From Thermoleophilia bacterium (GTDB lineage: Bacteria > Actinomycetota > Thermoleophilia > UBA2241), in assembly GCA_040776965.1 (NCBI GenBank), contig JAXGZO010000001.1, forward strand, positions 593,419 to 657,418: 64,000 nt of DNA, written 5' to 3'. The notes under the pieces were generated by a model. The model was not told where the DNA came from. It worked only from the letters and a program-made list of their open reading frames with translations, and made no database searches. Position numbers and translations under genes: made by a program. Of the stretch, positions 18,875 to 29,011 are shown in pieces; the first letter of the stretch is position 1; each line of letters begins with the position of its first letter.

Positions 18875-21307
18875 ATGGACGTCAGTAAATTCTCAGAACG
18901 AGCCCGTGAGGCGATTGAGACGGCACAAGGGGTCGTTCGCCGTGGCTCCGGTAACGTACTCGGCACCGAACACCTGCTCATCGGCGTGCTCTCGCTGCCG
19001 GGTGGCGTGGTGGAGCAGCTCTTTAACCTCCTCGGCGTCGACAAAGGCGCGACCATGACGCGAGTCGAGCGGATCGCGCAGAACCAGCCGGCCGGCACCG
19101 GCGGCCCCTCCGGCCCCTCGGAGATGCTCTACATGACGCCGCGCGCCAAGGTTGCCATCGACAAGGCTCTTGAAGAGGCGCAGAAGCTCGGCGACGAGTT
19201 TATCGGCACCGAGCACCTCCTCCTCGGCATCTTCCTCGAAGGAGAGGGGCCCGGGAGCGCCGTGCTGCGCGACGTGGGCGTGACGGAGGAGGCGCTGCGG
19301 CGGGCACTCGCCGAGGTGCGCTCCTCCGGCGTGGACTACGAGGCCACCGCGAGCGGCGAGAGTATGCTCAAAAAGTACACGCGTGACCTCACCACCATGG
19401 CGCGCGAGGGCAAGCTCGACCCGGTGATCGGCCGAGACGATGAGGTTAAACGCGTTATTCAAATACTCAGCCGCCGCACCAAAAACAACCCCGTCCTGAT
19501 CGGCGAGCCCGGGGTGGGCAAGACCGCGATCGCCGACGGCCTCGCGCAGAAGATCGTGAACGGCGACGTGCCGGAGATCCTCCGCGGCAGGCGTGTGCTC
19601 GCGCTCGACCTCGCCGGCATGCTCGCCGGTGCCAAGTACCGCGGTGAGTTCGAAGAGCGCCTCAAGGGCGCCCTGGACGAGATCATGCGCGCAAACGATG
19701 TCGTGCTCTTTATCGATGAGCTCCACACAGTGGTGGGGGCGGGCGCCGCCGAAGGTGCGATCGACGCCTCCAACATGATGAAGCCGATGTTGGCGCGCGG
19801 TGAGCTGCAGTGTATCGGCGCCACCACGCTCAGCGAGTACCGCCGCTACATCGAGAAGGACGCCGCACTGGAGCGGCGGTTCCAGCCCGTGCTCGTGGGG
19901 CAGCCCACGGTGGAGGAGACGATCGCGATCCTCGAGGGGCTCCGCGAGAACTACGAGGCGCACCACAAGGTGAGGATCACGGACGAGGCGCTCCGCCAGG
20001 CGGCGTACCTCTCCGACCGCTACATCAGCGACCGCTTCTTGCCGGACAAGGCGATCGACCTTCTCGACGAGGCGGCGAGTAAGTTGCGGATAGAGGCGAC
20101 GATGCTGCCGCCGGCGCTCCGCGAGAAGGAGCGTGAGCTTCAAGAGCTCGCGCGCGAGGGTGCCGCTGCGGTGCAGGCGCAGGACTACGAGCGCGCCGCC
20201 CAGCTTAAAGAGCAGACCGATGCCATCCAGGAGGCCTTCGTGAAGGAGAAGGACGCCTGGCTGGCCGACAAGGGCATCGCCGACGCCACCGTCGGTGCCG
20301 ACGACATCGCGGAGCTGGTGAGTGAGTGGACGAGTATCCCCGTGCAGCGCATGCTGCAAGGTGAGGCCGAGAAGCTCCTCACGATGGAGGAGGATCTTCA
20401 TAGACGGGTGATCGGCCAGAACCGAGCGGTCGAGGCCGTCTCGGAGGCCGTTCGCCGCGCGCGTGTCGGGCTCAAGGATCCCAAGCGGCCGATCGGTTCC
20501 TTCCTCTTCTTGGGGCCGACCGGTGTGGGTAAGACCGAGTTGGCCCGCGCGCTCGCCGAGTTCCTCTTCGACGACGAGAGCGCGCTGATCCGTCTGGATA
20601 TGGGCGAGTACATGGAGAAGCACTCGGTCTCGCGCATGGTAGGGGCCCCGCCCGGCTACGTCGGCTTTGAGGAGGGCGGCCAGCTCACCGAGGCGGTTCG
20701 TCGTCGCCCCTACAGCATCGTGCTCTTCGACGAGATCGAGAAGGCGCACCCCGACGTCTTTAACACGCTCCTTCAGATACTGGACGACGGACGCCTTACC
20801 GACGGCAAGGGCCGCACCGTCGACTTTAAAAACACCGTGCTGATCATGACGAGTAACGTTGGGAGCGGCGAGATCAAGAAGAGCCAGCTGGGGTTCACCG
20901 GCTCCTGCGAGACCGCCTCAGGTGAAGAGCTTGAGCGACGGTTGCTCGCCGAGCTGCGTCGCTGTTTTCGCCCCGAGTTTCTCAATCGGATCGACGAGAT
21001 CATCGTCTTCGATTCGCTCAGTGAGGAGGAACTCTCGCAGATCATCGACATCCTCCTCGGGAGCCTGCGCACGCTCGTGGAGGAGCGCGGCATGAAGCTC
21101 GAAGTAAGCGCCGCCGCGAAGGCGTTTATCGCTGCGGAGGGTTATGATGCGGAGTACGGGGCTCGTCCGCTAAGGCGAGCGCTCCAACGGCTCCTCGAGA
21201 ATCCGCTCTCGAGCGCCCTGTTACGCGGTGAGTTTTGCGCCGGCGACACGGTTGTCGTTGGGGTTGACGATGGGGGAGAGTCCCTCACGCTTGCGGTGGG
21301 GCGCTAA
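18875..21307 (+). CDS. clpC: Clp/Hsp100 AAA+ chaperone, ClpC-type (two NBDs, UVR-like middle motif, LGF ClpP-docking loop)
   Basis: Start [13 protein letters not shown]... (ATG 18875); the ORF-track 5' extension is rejected. Has Walker A GEPGVGKT and GPTGVGKT, the middle motif [16 protein letters not shown] and the KSQLGFTG loop. About 810 aa. Confidence 0.9.
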   Translation: MDVSKFSERAREAIETAQGVVRRGSGNVLGTEHLLIGVLSLPGGVVEQLFNLLGVDKGATMTRVERIAQNQPAGTGGPSGPSEMLYMTPRAKVAIDKALEEAQKLGDEFIGTEHLLLGIFLEGEGPGSAVLRDVGVTEEALRRALAEVRSSGVDYEATASGESMLKKYTRDLTTMAREGKLDPVIGRDDEVKRVIQILSRRTKNNPVLIGEPGVGKTAIADGLAQKIVNGDVPEILRGRRVLALDLAGMLAGAKYRGEFEERLKGALDEIMRANDVVLFIDELHTVVGAGAAEGAIDASNMMKPMLARGELQCIGATTLSEYRRYIEKDAALERRFQPVLVGQPTVEETIAILEGLRENYEAHHKVRITDEALRQAAYLSDRYISDRFLPDKAIDLLDEAASKLRIEATMLPPALREKERELQELAREGAAAVQAQDYERAAQLKEQTDAIQEAFVKEKDAWLADKGIADATVGADDIAELVSEWTSIPVQRMLQGEAEKLLTMEEDLHRRVIGQNRAVEAVSEAVRRARVGLKDPKRPIGSFLFLGPTGVGKTELARALAEFLFDDESALIRLDMGEYMEKHSVSRMVGAPPGYVGFEEGGQLTEAVRRRPYSIVLFDEIEKAHPDVFNTLLQILDDGRLTDGKGRTVDFKNTVLIMTSNVGSGEIKKSQLGFTGSCETASGEELERRLLAELRRCFRPEFLNRIDEIIVFDSLSEEELSQIIDILLGSLRTLVEERGMKLEVSAAAKAFIAAEGYDAEYGARPLRRALQRLLENPLSSALLRGEFCAGDTVVVGVDDGGESLTLAVGR

Positions 21308-21326
21308 CGATCGTAAGGAGGGTGCT

Positions 21327-21656
21327 GTGAATTTCGATGATGATGGCGGAACTTCGAGGGGGTTTGATGCCAGCAACGGCTTCAAGGAGCTCGTGATCGT
21401 CGCCTACCTCGACGATTTTAAGATTATCGGTACGGCGCACTTCGGTGTCGCCGGTCGGAGTAGTTCGCGGCGCTCCTCCGACTACATTCACGCGTTTCGC
21501 GACTCGAGGCTCACTCTCTCGCAGGTTCGCATCTACAACAGGGATACCCAAGAGCTCTACGAGGCAGCTCCCTTCGTGATCCTCAACCTCAACAAGGTGG
21601 ACTTTCTCTACGCGCGCGAAGATGGGGCGGCGGGAGAAGAGGGTTCGTTCGCCTAG
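21327..21656 (+). CDS. Hypothetical small protein
   Basis: GTG at 21327 is 6 nt after AAGGAGG, just after the clpC stop. No recognisable domain. Confidence 0.45.
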   Translation: MNFDDDGGTSRGFDASNGFKELVIVAYLDDFKIIGTAHFGVAGRSSSRRSSDYIHAFRDSRLTLSQVRIYNRDTQELYEAAPFVILNLNKVDFLYAREDGAAGEEGSFA

Positions 21657-21676
21657 TCCCTTCAGCCGAAGGTGGC

Positions 21677-22915
21677 TTAGGGCTGCGCCGGGTCGGGTTG
21701 CGTCGTCCACCCCTTCTCTCCCTCAATACGCAACAAGAAGACGGGGATGAGGAGGGCTGCAAAGTACAGGGCGAGCAATACGGTGAACAAGGCGGTATAG
21801 GAGCCGGTATGGGCGAGTACATATGAGCTCAGCTGGTTGCCGAAGAGCCCCGCCATCGCCCAGGCGGTGAGCGAGAGCCCGTGGATCTTGCTGATGTTCT
21901 CCATACCGAAGCAATCAGACAAAAGAGTGGGGAGATTGCTAAAGCCTCCACCGTAGGTGGAGTTAATAGCGCAGAGAAGCAGTACTACGATAAAGGCATT
22001 GCCGATAGTTACACTATCCGTGGCGAGTGCGAGGAGGAGCGAGGACACCGAGAGCAGGAGCATAAAGCTATAGATGCTGCTTCGCTTCTTTAATCTGTCT
22101 GATATAACCGAGTAAAAGAACCGTCCACTAGAGTTGAATATAGCTGTTATTGAAGAAAGAGATCCTATGGCAACTATCGATAGTCCGATGTGTTTCATGA
22201 GATCTTTTTCTTGAGATATAAGAGCTAGTCCGCAGCTGATGTTTAAGAAAAGAATAAACCAAACCGCAATAAAATTGCGATTCTTTGCAAGCGAAAAGAA
22301 AGACACCTTGCTTTTCTCATGCTCCTCAGTATAGCCATCTGGCTTTTTTATGAGAAAAACAGCGGTCATCATGAGTAGGAAATAAGTAGCCGACAAGATA
22401 AAAAAGGTACTTATAATTCCAAAGTTTTTGTTTAAGACGACGATGGCCGGACTCGCAATCACCTTCGCGAGTCCGAAGCCCGTGATGGCGAGCCCCGTCG
22501 CTAGCCCCTTATTTTTTGAAAACCAGAGCATCAGTGTTTTAACGGGGGAGATATAGCCAATGCCAAGGCCTACCCCCATGAGGACACCGTAGCTTAGATA
22601 CACACCAGGTAAGCTTTCAAAGAGAAGAGAAACGCCCGTTAAGGCCATTCCAAGAGAGAAGCACGCTGCGGCGATAAGCGACGAGCGCTTTACGTTTTTC
22701 TCAACGAATCCGCCGGAGAAAGCGGCGGATATGCCTAAAAAGAAAATCGCTAGGCTAAAGGCCCACTCCACATCGGCAACCCCACGCCCGATGCTCTCCG
22801 CTATATCGAACTTCAGCAGCGACCAACAGTACACGCTGCCGATGCTGCAATGAATTAAAAGTGCAGGTGCGGCACCGTGCTTTATGGCGGGCGCATACTT
22901 TTTAAGGAAGTTCAT
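21677..22915 (-). CDS. MFS transporter (oxalate/formate antiporter-like family)
   Basis: Twelve-TM MFS topology. Conserved loop GxLxDRxGxR-like (VISDRLKKRS). The central ~400 nt is markedly AT-rich. Confidence 0.85.
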   Translation of the reverse strand: MNFLKKYAPAIKHGAAPALLIHCSIGSVYCWSLLKFDIAESIGRGVADVEWAFSLAIFFLGISAAFSGGFVEKNVKRSSLIAAACFSLGMALTGVSLLFESLPGVYLSYGVLMGVGLGIGYISPVKTLMLWFSKNKGLATGLAITGFGLAKVIASPAIVVLNKNFGIISTFFILSATYFLLMMTAVFLIKKPDGYTEEHEKSKVSFFSLAKNRNFIAVWFILFLNISCGLALISQEKDLMKHIGLSIVAIGSLSSITAIFNSSGRFFYSVISDRLKKRSSIYSFMLLLSVSSLLLALATDSVTIGNAFIVVLLLCAINSTYGGGFSNLPTLLSDCFGMENISKIHGLSLTAWAMAGLFGNQLSSYVLAHTGSYTALFTVLLALYFAALLIPVFLLRIEGEKGWTTQPDPAQP

Positions 22916-23189
22916 TAGTGCCGCTTCTTTCCTATGGTTTGCTCCGCCAAGGGCGAGAGATTGCGCCCGTATGGAGCTCGGCGATCAGGGGCTCTCTCTT
23001 TTTTTCGGCAGAACGACGGCGGCAATTAAGGAATTTTTCGCTCGCAGTGCGCGTTTCGGCCCGTCGGGCGCGGAGGCGCCCAGAAGGAGCTCGCTCGGCG
23101 TGCGAAAAAAGGCGAGCTTGAGACAGGTCGCCCGAAGAGCTGCTCGGGTCTCCCTGATGGGGTGTGCTCGTTTGCTCGAGTTCCGCGCG

Positions 23190-24401
23190 TTACACGGTGC
23201 GCGGCACTCGCTCGTTCAAGAGCTTGGCCTTGACCTCCTGGACGGTGACGCCCTCGAGGTTGCGCCGGGCTAAGAGGGCGGTCGCTCCGCCGCCGCCGAC
23301 GGCGAGATACGAGTCGGCGTCGATGCGCCGAAGGGCGCGGATGCTCCCCCCAAACCCCGCCACTTCCTCGCCGTAGGCGAACTCTCCGTTGGGGGCGCGG
23401 GTGAGGATGCGCGTCTCGCCGTTGGTAAAGGCGCCGCCCACCACGACCCATGAGTCCGCGTCGAGCGGCTGGATGCCGTTGACGTTGGCTCCGAAGCCCT
23501 CCACGGGCTGGCTGTAGCCGAAGCCCCCCTCGTCGTCTCGGGTGAGGATGCACGTGGCGCCCCTCGCCCCCGCGACGATCCACGAGGAGTCGTTGATCGC
23601 GTGGATCGTGCTGATGGAGGAGCTGGGGAATCCCTCTACGCGCTCGCCGTAGGAGGAGTTGCCACGGGGGTCGCGGGTGAAGATGCGCGTCTCGCCGCCG
23701 TCGCCGGCGACGATCGTGGAGGTCGCGTCGACCTTCTCGCTCGCTCGGATGTTGCCGCCGAAGCCCTCGATGTTCTCCCGGTAGATAAAGCTGCTCTGCG
23801 CGTACCTCGTTAAAATCCTCGTCTCGCCGTTGTGCCCGGCGATAAAAAACGAGTCGTTGTTGATGCGTTCTACGGTCGTGATGGCGGAGGTGAAGCCCTC
23901 GATGGCCTCTCCGTAGGCGAAGCCGTCCTCCTCCGAGGAGGTGAGGAGGCGTGTCTCGCCGTCGTAGCCGGCGACGATCCACGAATGGTCGTCGACGGCG
24001 TGCACCGCGCTGATGCTGTTGGTGAACCCCTTTGCCTCGTCGCCGTAGAGGAAGATGCTTGCGTCGAGGCGCGTGAGTACGCGGGTTTCGCCGTAGTCCC
24101 CAAACGCTATCCACGAGGTGTGCCCGAGGGGCTCGACGAGAGTGATGCCGCTCGTGAAACCCTCGACGGCGTGTACGTAGACCAAGTCGCCGAACCCGAG
24201 CTCCTCCGCGAGCTCTCGCTTGTGCTCAAGGAGGAGCTTGTCGAGCTCGAGCTCCGCGTCCTTTACCTTGTCTCTAAACTCCGACGCGGTGACCTCATCC
24301 GGGAGTTTGCCGTTTTCGTTAACGTACTTCTCTATCGTCTTGAGCTCTTTGAGAAAATCGTTGTAGAGCTTGAGCTGTTGTTTTAATCTGCGAGATTTCA
24401 T
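23190..24401 (-). CDS. Repeat protein: N-terminal coiled coil plus seven tandem ~42-45-aa repeats (YGExxEGFxxxI...D.SW.VAG..GETRILTR); possible 7-bladed beta-propeller. No family assigned.
   Basis: Repeats read directly from the translation. ATG at 24401 lies 1 nt after the vWA gene stop. Confidence 0.7.
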   Translation of the reverse strand: MKSRRLKQQLKLYNDFLKELKTIEKYVNENGKLPDEVTASEFRDKVKDAELELDKLLLEHKRELAEELGFGDLVYVHAVEGFTSGITLVEPLGHTSWIAFGDYGETRVLTRLDASIFLYGDEAKGFTNSISAVHAVDDHSWIVAGYDGETRLLTSSEEDGFAYGEAIEGFTSAITTVERINNDSFFIAGHNGETRILTRYAQSSFIYRENIEGFGGNIRASEKVDATSTIVAGDGGETRIFTRDPRGNSSYGERVEGFPSSSISTIHAINDSSWIVAGARGATCILTRDDEGGFGYSQPVEGFGANVNGIQPLDADSWVVVGGAFTNGETRILTRAPNGEFAYGEEVAGFGGSIRALRRIDADSYLAVGGGGATALLARRNLEGVTVQEVKAKLLNERVPRTV

Positions 24402-24402
24402 A

Positions 24403-26481
24403 TTACCTGGTTACCGTGTCGCTTAATTTGCGTTGCAAATTTTGAATAAGAAGATCTGGTAGTTTGCTTACTTCGCTTCCAATGATAATGCCGTTATCGC
24501 CCCATACGTCTTTAAAGACTTTTCCGTCGGTATCGTCTCCAACTAAAAACGCAACTAATTCGATGTGCTGCTCTCGTAGATGGTTTACGTAGAGTTTCAC
24601 CTCATCGATATCGAAGGGTTCTCCGTCGGTGATCTCAAAGATGATCTTCTTCATCTTTCCCTTTTTGAGGTCGACCTGCCGCTTTGAGTCGTAGGTGAGG
24701 TCGTTCAGGAGGTGCTTGAGTACCCCCGCGTTCTCGGTAATGCCCTCGCGGGCGTCTAAAAAGACGATGGATTGAATGATCTCCGACATGGACTGCGCGC
24801 TCGTCTCGTCTTTTGAGAACCTCTTGATCTGCCGGTAGTCGTTGCCGAAGACGAACATCTCGGTGATGGCTCGCAGCGAGAAGCCGTCGCGCATGAGCTC
24901 CTCGTTGAAATCCCTAACGGAGGTGAGGAGCAGCGTCGCCGCGAGCTTTGCCTGGTGGATCCTGTCGCCGTTCATCGACCCGGAGTTGTCGATCACCAGC
25001 GATATCTCGATGGACTCGGGCACCTTGATCTTCTCGCAGTCCACCGCGCGCCGGTCGTAGACGTTGAGCTTGGGCTGCTTGCCCTCCAGGATCTGCTCGC
25101 GGTACTCGGGGTACTGCTGGATGAACTCGTAGACGTTGAGCCTGCCCCTGGGCTGCCGGGTGTGCACGGTGAGCGCGCTGTCGTAGTACTCGCCGATCAG
25201 CCTGCTCCAAAAGTCGACCATCTGGAGGCGCTCGCCTTTAATGCCCTGCGCGATCTCGTCGAACTTTTGGCGCACCTCCGGGGTGATGCTGAAGTCGCGG
25301 TCGAAGGCGCGCTGCCGCTCGAGGCGGTCGCGCTCCGCTCGCTCCGCCCGGGTCATCTCGTCCTCTCGCTGTTTTTTGAGGATCTCCTCGATAAGCTGCT
25401 CATCCTCCTCGGGGGAGTGGGTGAGGGGCGAGTCTTGCTGGGCGAATCGCGTGAAGAACTCGTCGATGAGCTCATCGATGTCGTAGGCTGCGTCGTCTTC
25501 TGGGGGCTGAACTCCGCCGGCCTCGTTGCCGTGCCCCTCGGTCTGCTCGTCGCTGCGCTCCTCGCCCAGGCCCTCTTCCTCCTGGCTCCTGCGGCCCTCC
25601 TGCGTGTGGGTCTCGCTCCTCGCCTCGTCGTCACCGCTCGCCTCGCCGGTCTGTGGCCACTCCGGCAGGAGGCGCTGGAGGTCCTCCAGTAGGAGCTCCA
25701 AAAACGTGGGCAGGATGCGCTCGCCGATGATCTGGTAACGGAGGGCCGGGTCGATAGGCCCCAGGGTCGGTTTGAGTTTTTTGTTGAGGATGTCGACGAT
25801 GGTGCGCCCAAACCAGATCTTTTGGCGGAGCGCCTCCGTCACGGGCTCGGAGATGACCGATCGCGCGCCGTCGGGGACCATCTCGTCGCGCACCAAGGGG
25901 CGCACGAGCTGCGTGTACAGCGGGCGCTCGGTGAAGTCGCTCTCGCCTCCGCCGAGCTTGAGGTAGATATCGCGGACCTGCTCCCTGCCGGAGGGCTGGC
26001 TGTAGTAGCCGGCCTTTCGCGCCACGGTGGTGTTGAGGTAGAGCTCGTCGATGGCGGCGTAGAGCTGGGCGATGACGGTGGAGAGGTGGCGCCGGAGGGA
26101 GGAGCTGCTGAGGCCGTTTCGCTCCTCCTCGCTGAAGTTCTTCAGCACCACCTCGCCGGCGAGGATCTTCTTTGTAAACTCCCTCGCCGCGCGCTCGATG
26201 AAGGCGAACTTCGCGCTGTGCGCGGCCGGGTTGTGGCGCACGTCGGTGAAGTGCGAGAGCTCGCGAAAGAGCATCCACCTGAACTGATCCTTGGTGATCT
26301 GGTTCTCGGCAAGCCAGCGCAGGGGGATGCGGACGGTGTGGTCGCCGTGGTGGTAGGAGAACGCGTCGCCCTCGGGGTCGAGGGCGTACTTAAGGCTGCG
26401 GTCGCCGGCGAAGACGTCGAGCAGCGGGCGGCTTTTTTTGAGCCACTCGGAGGCGATGCTCTCGTAGCGGTCGAGCGGCAT
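24403..26481 (-). CDS. Large vWA-domain protein (C-terminal von Willebrand A domain with DxSxS MIDAS; ~480-aa unassigned N-terminal region with acidic linker)
   Basis: VIDNSGSMNGDRI... MIDAS motif. ATG at 26481 overlaps the AAA gene stop (TAATG); the alternative GTG at 26520 is rejected. Confidence 0.8.
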   Translation of the reverse strand: MPLDRYESIASEWLKKSRPLLDVFAGDRSLKYALDPEGDAFSYHHGDHTVRIPLRWLAENQITKDQFRWMLFRELSHFTDVRHNPAAHSAKFAFIERAAREFTKKILAGEVVLKNFSEEERNGLSSSSLRRHLSTVIAQLYAAIDELYLNTTVARKAGYYSQPSGREQVRDIYLKLGGGESDFTERPLYTQLVRPLVRDEMVPDGARSVISEPVTEALRQKIWFGRTIVDILNKKLKPTLGPIDPALRYQIIGERILPTFLELLLEDLQRLLPEWPQTGEASGDDEARSETHTQEGRRSQEEEGLGEERSDEQTEGHGNEAGGVQPPEDDAAYDIDELIDEFFTRFAQQDSPLTHSPEEDEQLIEEILKKQREDEMTRAERAERDRLERQRAFDRDFSITPEVRQKFDEIAQGIKGERLQMVDFWSRLIGEYYDSALTVHTRQPRGRLNVYEFIQQYPEYREQILEGKQPKLNVYDRRAVDCEKIKVPESIEISLVIDNSGSMNGDRIHQAKLAATLLLTSVRDFNEELMRDGFSLRAITEMFVFGNDYRQIKRFSKDETSAQSMSEIIQSIVFLDAREGITENAGVLKHLLNDLTYDSKRQVDLKKGKMKKIIFEITDGEPFDIDEVKLYVNHLREQHIELVAFLVGDDTDGKVFKDVWGDNGIIIGSEVSKLPDLLIQNLQRKLSDTVTR

Positions 26482-28877
26482 TACGCTATCAGGCTCTCCA
26501 GGGAGGAGACGAGGGAGCACAGCTCATTGAGCTTCTGCTCGAGCGCGTCGAACTCCTCCTCGGTGATCTCGTCCTTAAAGGTGGCCTCGAGGGCCTCGTA
26601 GATCTGCGGGTACGAGCTCCGCCTCTCGGGTTCGCCGTACAGGAGGTCGATCATCTGCTTTAGGCTGAAGAACTCGCTTCGCTGTTTTTTGTAGGTGTAC
26701 GCCTTGGTTCGGATGTCGTCGAGCGTGAGCGACCGGTGCTCCACGCTCTCCTTGTGCGTGTCGATCCTCCAGCCGTCGAGTTCGCTGAAGAGCCCAACGA
26801 GTTTGGCCTGCTCCGCGATGAAGTGCTGATCTTTAACGTACTCGCCGCTGATGGACCCGAGGAACTCATCCCACAGCGCCATGCTGATATCGCGCTTGGA
26901 GCCCTCGTCCCACGCCTCGATCACGCGCAGCACGTGGCGGACCGAGAGCACGTAGGAGTCGAGGGAGGGCTTCTCGCCGGAGGAGTCGCCGGCCACGTCG
27001 GCGTTTACCGCGCTCTCCTCCCACTTGCCGGAGAAGACGTCTTGGGTGATGCGCGCCAGCTGGCAGAGCCTGAAGATGTCGTCGATGGCGCCCTGCGGGA
27101 GCTCAAGGTTGCCGCGCTCGTCGGCGAGTTTCGTCATGACGATGTAGAAGAGCTCGTTGAGGCGCGGATCCCGCTGGTTACCGAGGTTGCCCTCTTTGCT
27201 CTGCGTCACGTAGTCGTAGGCCTTCTCGCTCAGCCGCGAGAGGTAGGCGGCGTTCAGCGAGTTAACCCCGGCGTAGGCCATCTTGGAGCTGCTGTTGAGG
27301 TTGCCGGTCATGATGATCGAGAAGCCATTCGCTATGGTGACCGCGTCGTCACCCGGGATGATCGCCTTCTCGCCCGGCCGTTTGGTGAGGATGTCGTTCA
27401 TCGACGCCAGTACCTCGGGCATGATCAGGTTGATCTCGTCGATCACGATCGGCTTGCCCTCGGTGATCGCCTTGTAGAGGGCCTTGCGCACCTTGGCAGA
27501 CTCCGTGGCGATCTGCGTTTGGTTGTTGCCGGCTACCGCGGATTCGATCACCGCCCTTTGGGCGGTGAGCTCGTCCGCGTCGGTGACGGTGGGGTGGTTG
27601 TGCCGCCAGAGCGCGAACTCGGCGTCGACCTTGTCGCTGATCTCGTGGGGGAGGGGCGCGCCGATGGCCTTAACGACGAGGGCGGTCTCCGTGTAGAGGT
27701 CCTCCGTCGTCGTCGTCCTGGAGCCGACCACCTCGTAATACTTGATCTTGTCGATGACCTCACGGTCGCCTCTTTTGAGGCCCCGGAGGTAGTGCTGGTA
27801 CAGCGCGTCGTACTGCGCGAGGAGGGCTTCGCCGCTCGCGTTTGGGTGCTCCGCCAAAAACGCTCGGAGGTCCTCCTCGATGTGCAGGTCGACCATGTGG
27901 TGCAGCGACGCCGTGCGGGCGATCTCGCTCTTGCCGGCGCCCAGGTGGCCGGTTAAAAAGACGGGGTGGCCGTTCTCCATCTTGTCGAGGAGCCACTCCT
28001 TGGTCTGCGCCACGGAGGGCACATCGACGATCTCGCCCCTCCTGTGGTGGGCGATCTGCTCGAGGTAGTCGTCGGACTTAATAAGGTAGTAAGCCTCCGG
28101 GTTTTTGGCCTCGAGCTCTCGGAGAGCCCGTTTCTTCTCGATGAGCGTGCGGAGGTGGGCGTCGCGAAGCACCTGGTGCTCATCGCGTCGGTCGGTAAAG
28201 AGGTGCCGGAGGACCCCGTACGAGATGCGCTCCAGCCTTATCGACGTTTTGAGGTCGTTGTACTCCCTCAGCGCGATGTCGTGCTCCGATCGCTTGAGGA
28301 ACCTCAAAAAGTACTCGGTCTCGAGGTCGATCTCGCCCCGCAGACTCTCTCTGTCGGCGCGAAGCCGGGAGAGCTCGTGGTGCAGCTCGTCGCTCTTCTC
28401 GCGGACGACGGCGTCGATGGAGCGCCGCAGAAAACCGCCGATGCTCGCCGTCGCGCTCGCCCTCGCGAGTGTGTCGAGGAGCGAGAGGTGTTTGCGGATC
28501 TGCGCGTCGATAGCCAGGAGCTTGTCGAGCACGTCTTCTTTGTAGTTCAGGTGGTTCGTGATGCGCTCGAGGTCCTGGCAGGTGAGTACGTCCAGGAGCC
28601 GTGACTCCTCCTCGGGGGCCGAGAGGGGCTCGTGGTCGTCGCGGTCGGCGATCTCCCGCAGGTGGAGCGCCTGGAGGGCCTCTCGGGCGTTGGCGATCGC
28701 CCTCGCGTCGTCGCGGAGCTTCGCCGCCCGCAGGGCGTCGATGGCCGCGCCGCGTTGGTCTTCGTCGCGCTCTCTCGCGCGCAGTATGCGGGCGGCCAGC
28801 GCCGACCGCTCCTCTCTCGAGCCGGACGGAGCGCGGTTCGAGGTTGTGTGTGCTGGTGTTCTCTCCACGGTGGTCAT
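26481..28877 (-). CDS. MoxR-like AAA+ ATPase, unusually large (798 aa) with N-terminal coiled coil and an insert between the Walker motifs
   Basis: Walker A FLTGHLGAGKSEIART. Walker B/sensor PIVIDEINLIMPEVLASMNDIL (DEINxxxP as in MoxR/CbbQ/NorQ). Confidence 0.8.
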   Translation of the reverse strand: MTTVERTPAHTTSNRAPSGSREERSALAARILRARERDEDQRGAAIDALRAAKLRDDARAIANAREALQALHLREIADRDDHEPLSAPEEESRLLDVLTCQDLERITNHLNYKEDVLDKLLAIDAQIRKHLSLLDTLARASATASIGGFLRRSIDAVVREKSDELHHELSRLRADRESLRGEIDLETEYFLRFLKRSEHDIALREYNDLKTSIRLERISYGVLRHLFTDRRDEHQVLRDAHLRTLIEKKRALRELEAKNPEAYYLIKSDDYLEQIAHHRRGEIVDVPSVAQTKEWLLDKMENGHPVFLTGHLGAGKSEIARTASLHHMVDLHIEEDLRAFLAEHPNASGEALLAQYDALYQHYLRGLKRGDREVIDKIKYYEVVGSRTTTTEDLYTETALVVKAIGAPLPHEISDKVDAEFALWRHNHPTVTDADELTAQRAVIESAVAGNNQTQIATESAKVRKALYKAITEGKPIVIDEINLIMPEVLASMNDILTKRPGEKAIIPGDDAVTIANGFSIIMTGNLNSSSKMAYAGVNSLNAAYLSRLSEKAYDYVTQSKEGNLGNQRDPRLNELFYIVMTKLADERGNLELPQGAIDDIFRLCQLARITQDVFSGKWEESAVNADVAGDSSGEKPSLDSYVLSVRHVLRVIEAWDEGSKRDISMALWDEFLGSISGEYVKDQHFIAEQAKLVGLFSELDGWRIDTHKESVEHRSLTLDDIRTKAYTYKKQRSEFFSLKQMIDLLYGEPERRSSYPQIYEALEATFKDEITEEEFDALEQKLNELCSLVSSLESLIA

Positions 28878-29011
28878 ACTTTCGTCTCTAACAGAGGGTG
28901 ACCAGATGTTACCAGCATGGCCGCCGCCCGCGCTCGCGTGCAGGCGCGGCGGCCCGCCCGCGCGAGCGTGTGCTAGACTCTCCGTTATCCATCGAGCTAG
29001 GAGTTCTTCGC

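Noticed and set aside
17219-20749. ORFs 17219..18310(-), 17932..19098(-) and 18893..20749(-) antisense to dnaJ, hspR and clpC
   Set aside because: The sense-strand genes are highly conserved chaperones. The antisense translations are low-complexity.
26736-27956. 406-aa plus-strand ORF antisense to the AAA+ ATPase gene, and 23026..24114 / 25631..26278 alternate-frame ORFs in the vWA/propeller genes
   Set aside because: Their products are Arg/Pro/Gly-rich and lack motifs. The chosen frames contain Walker A/B, MIDAS and regular repeats and show translational coupling.
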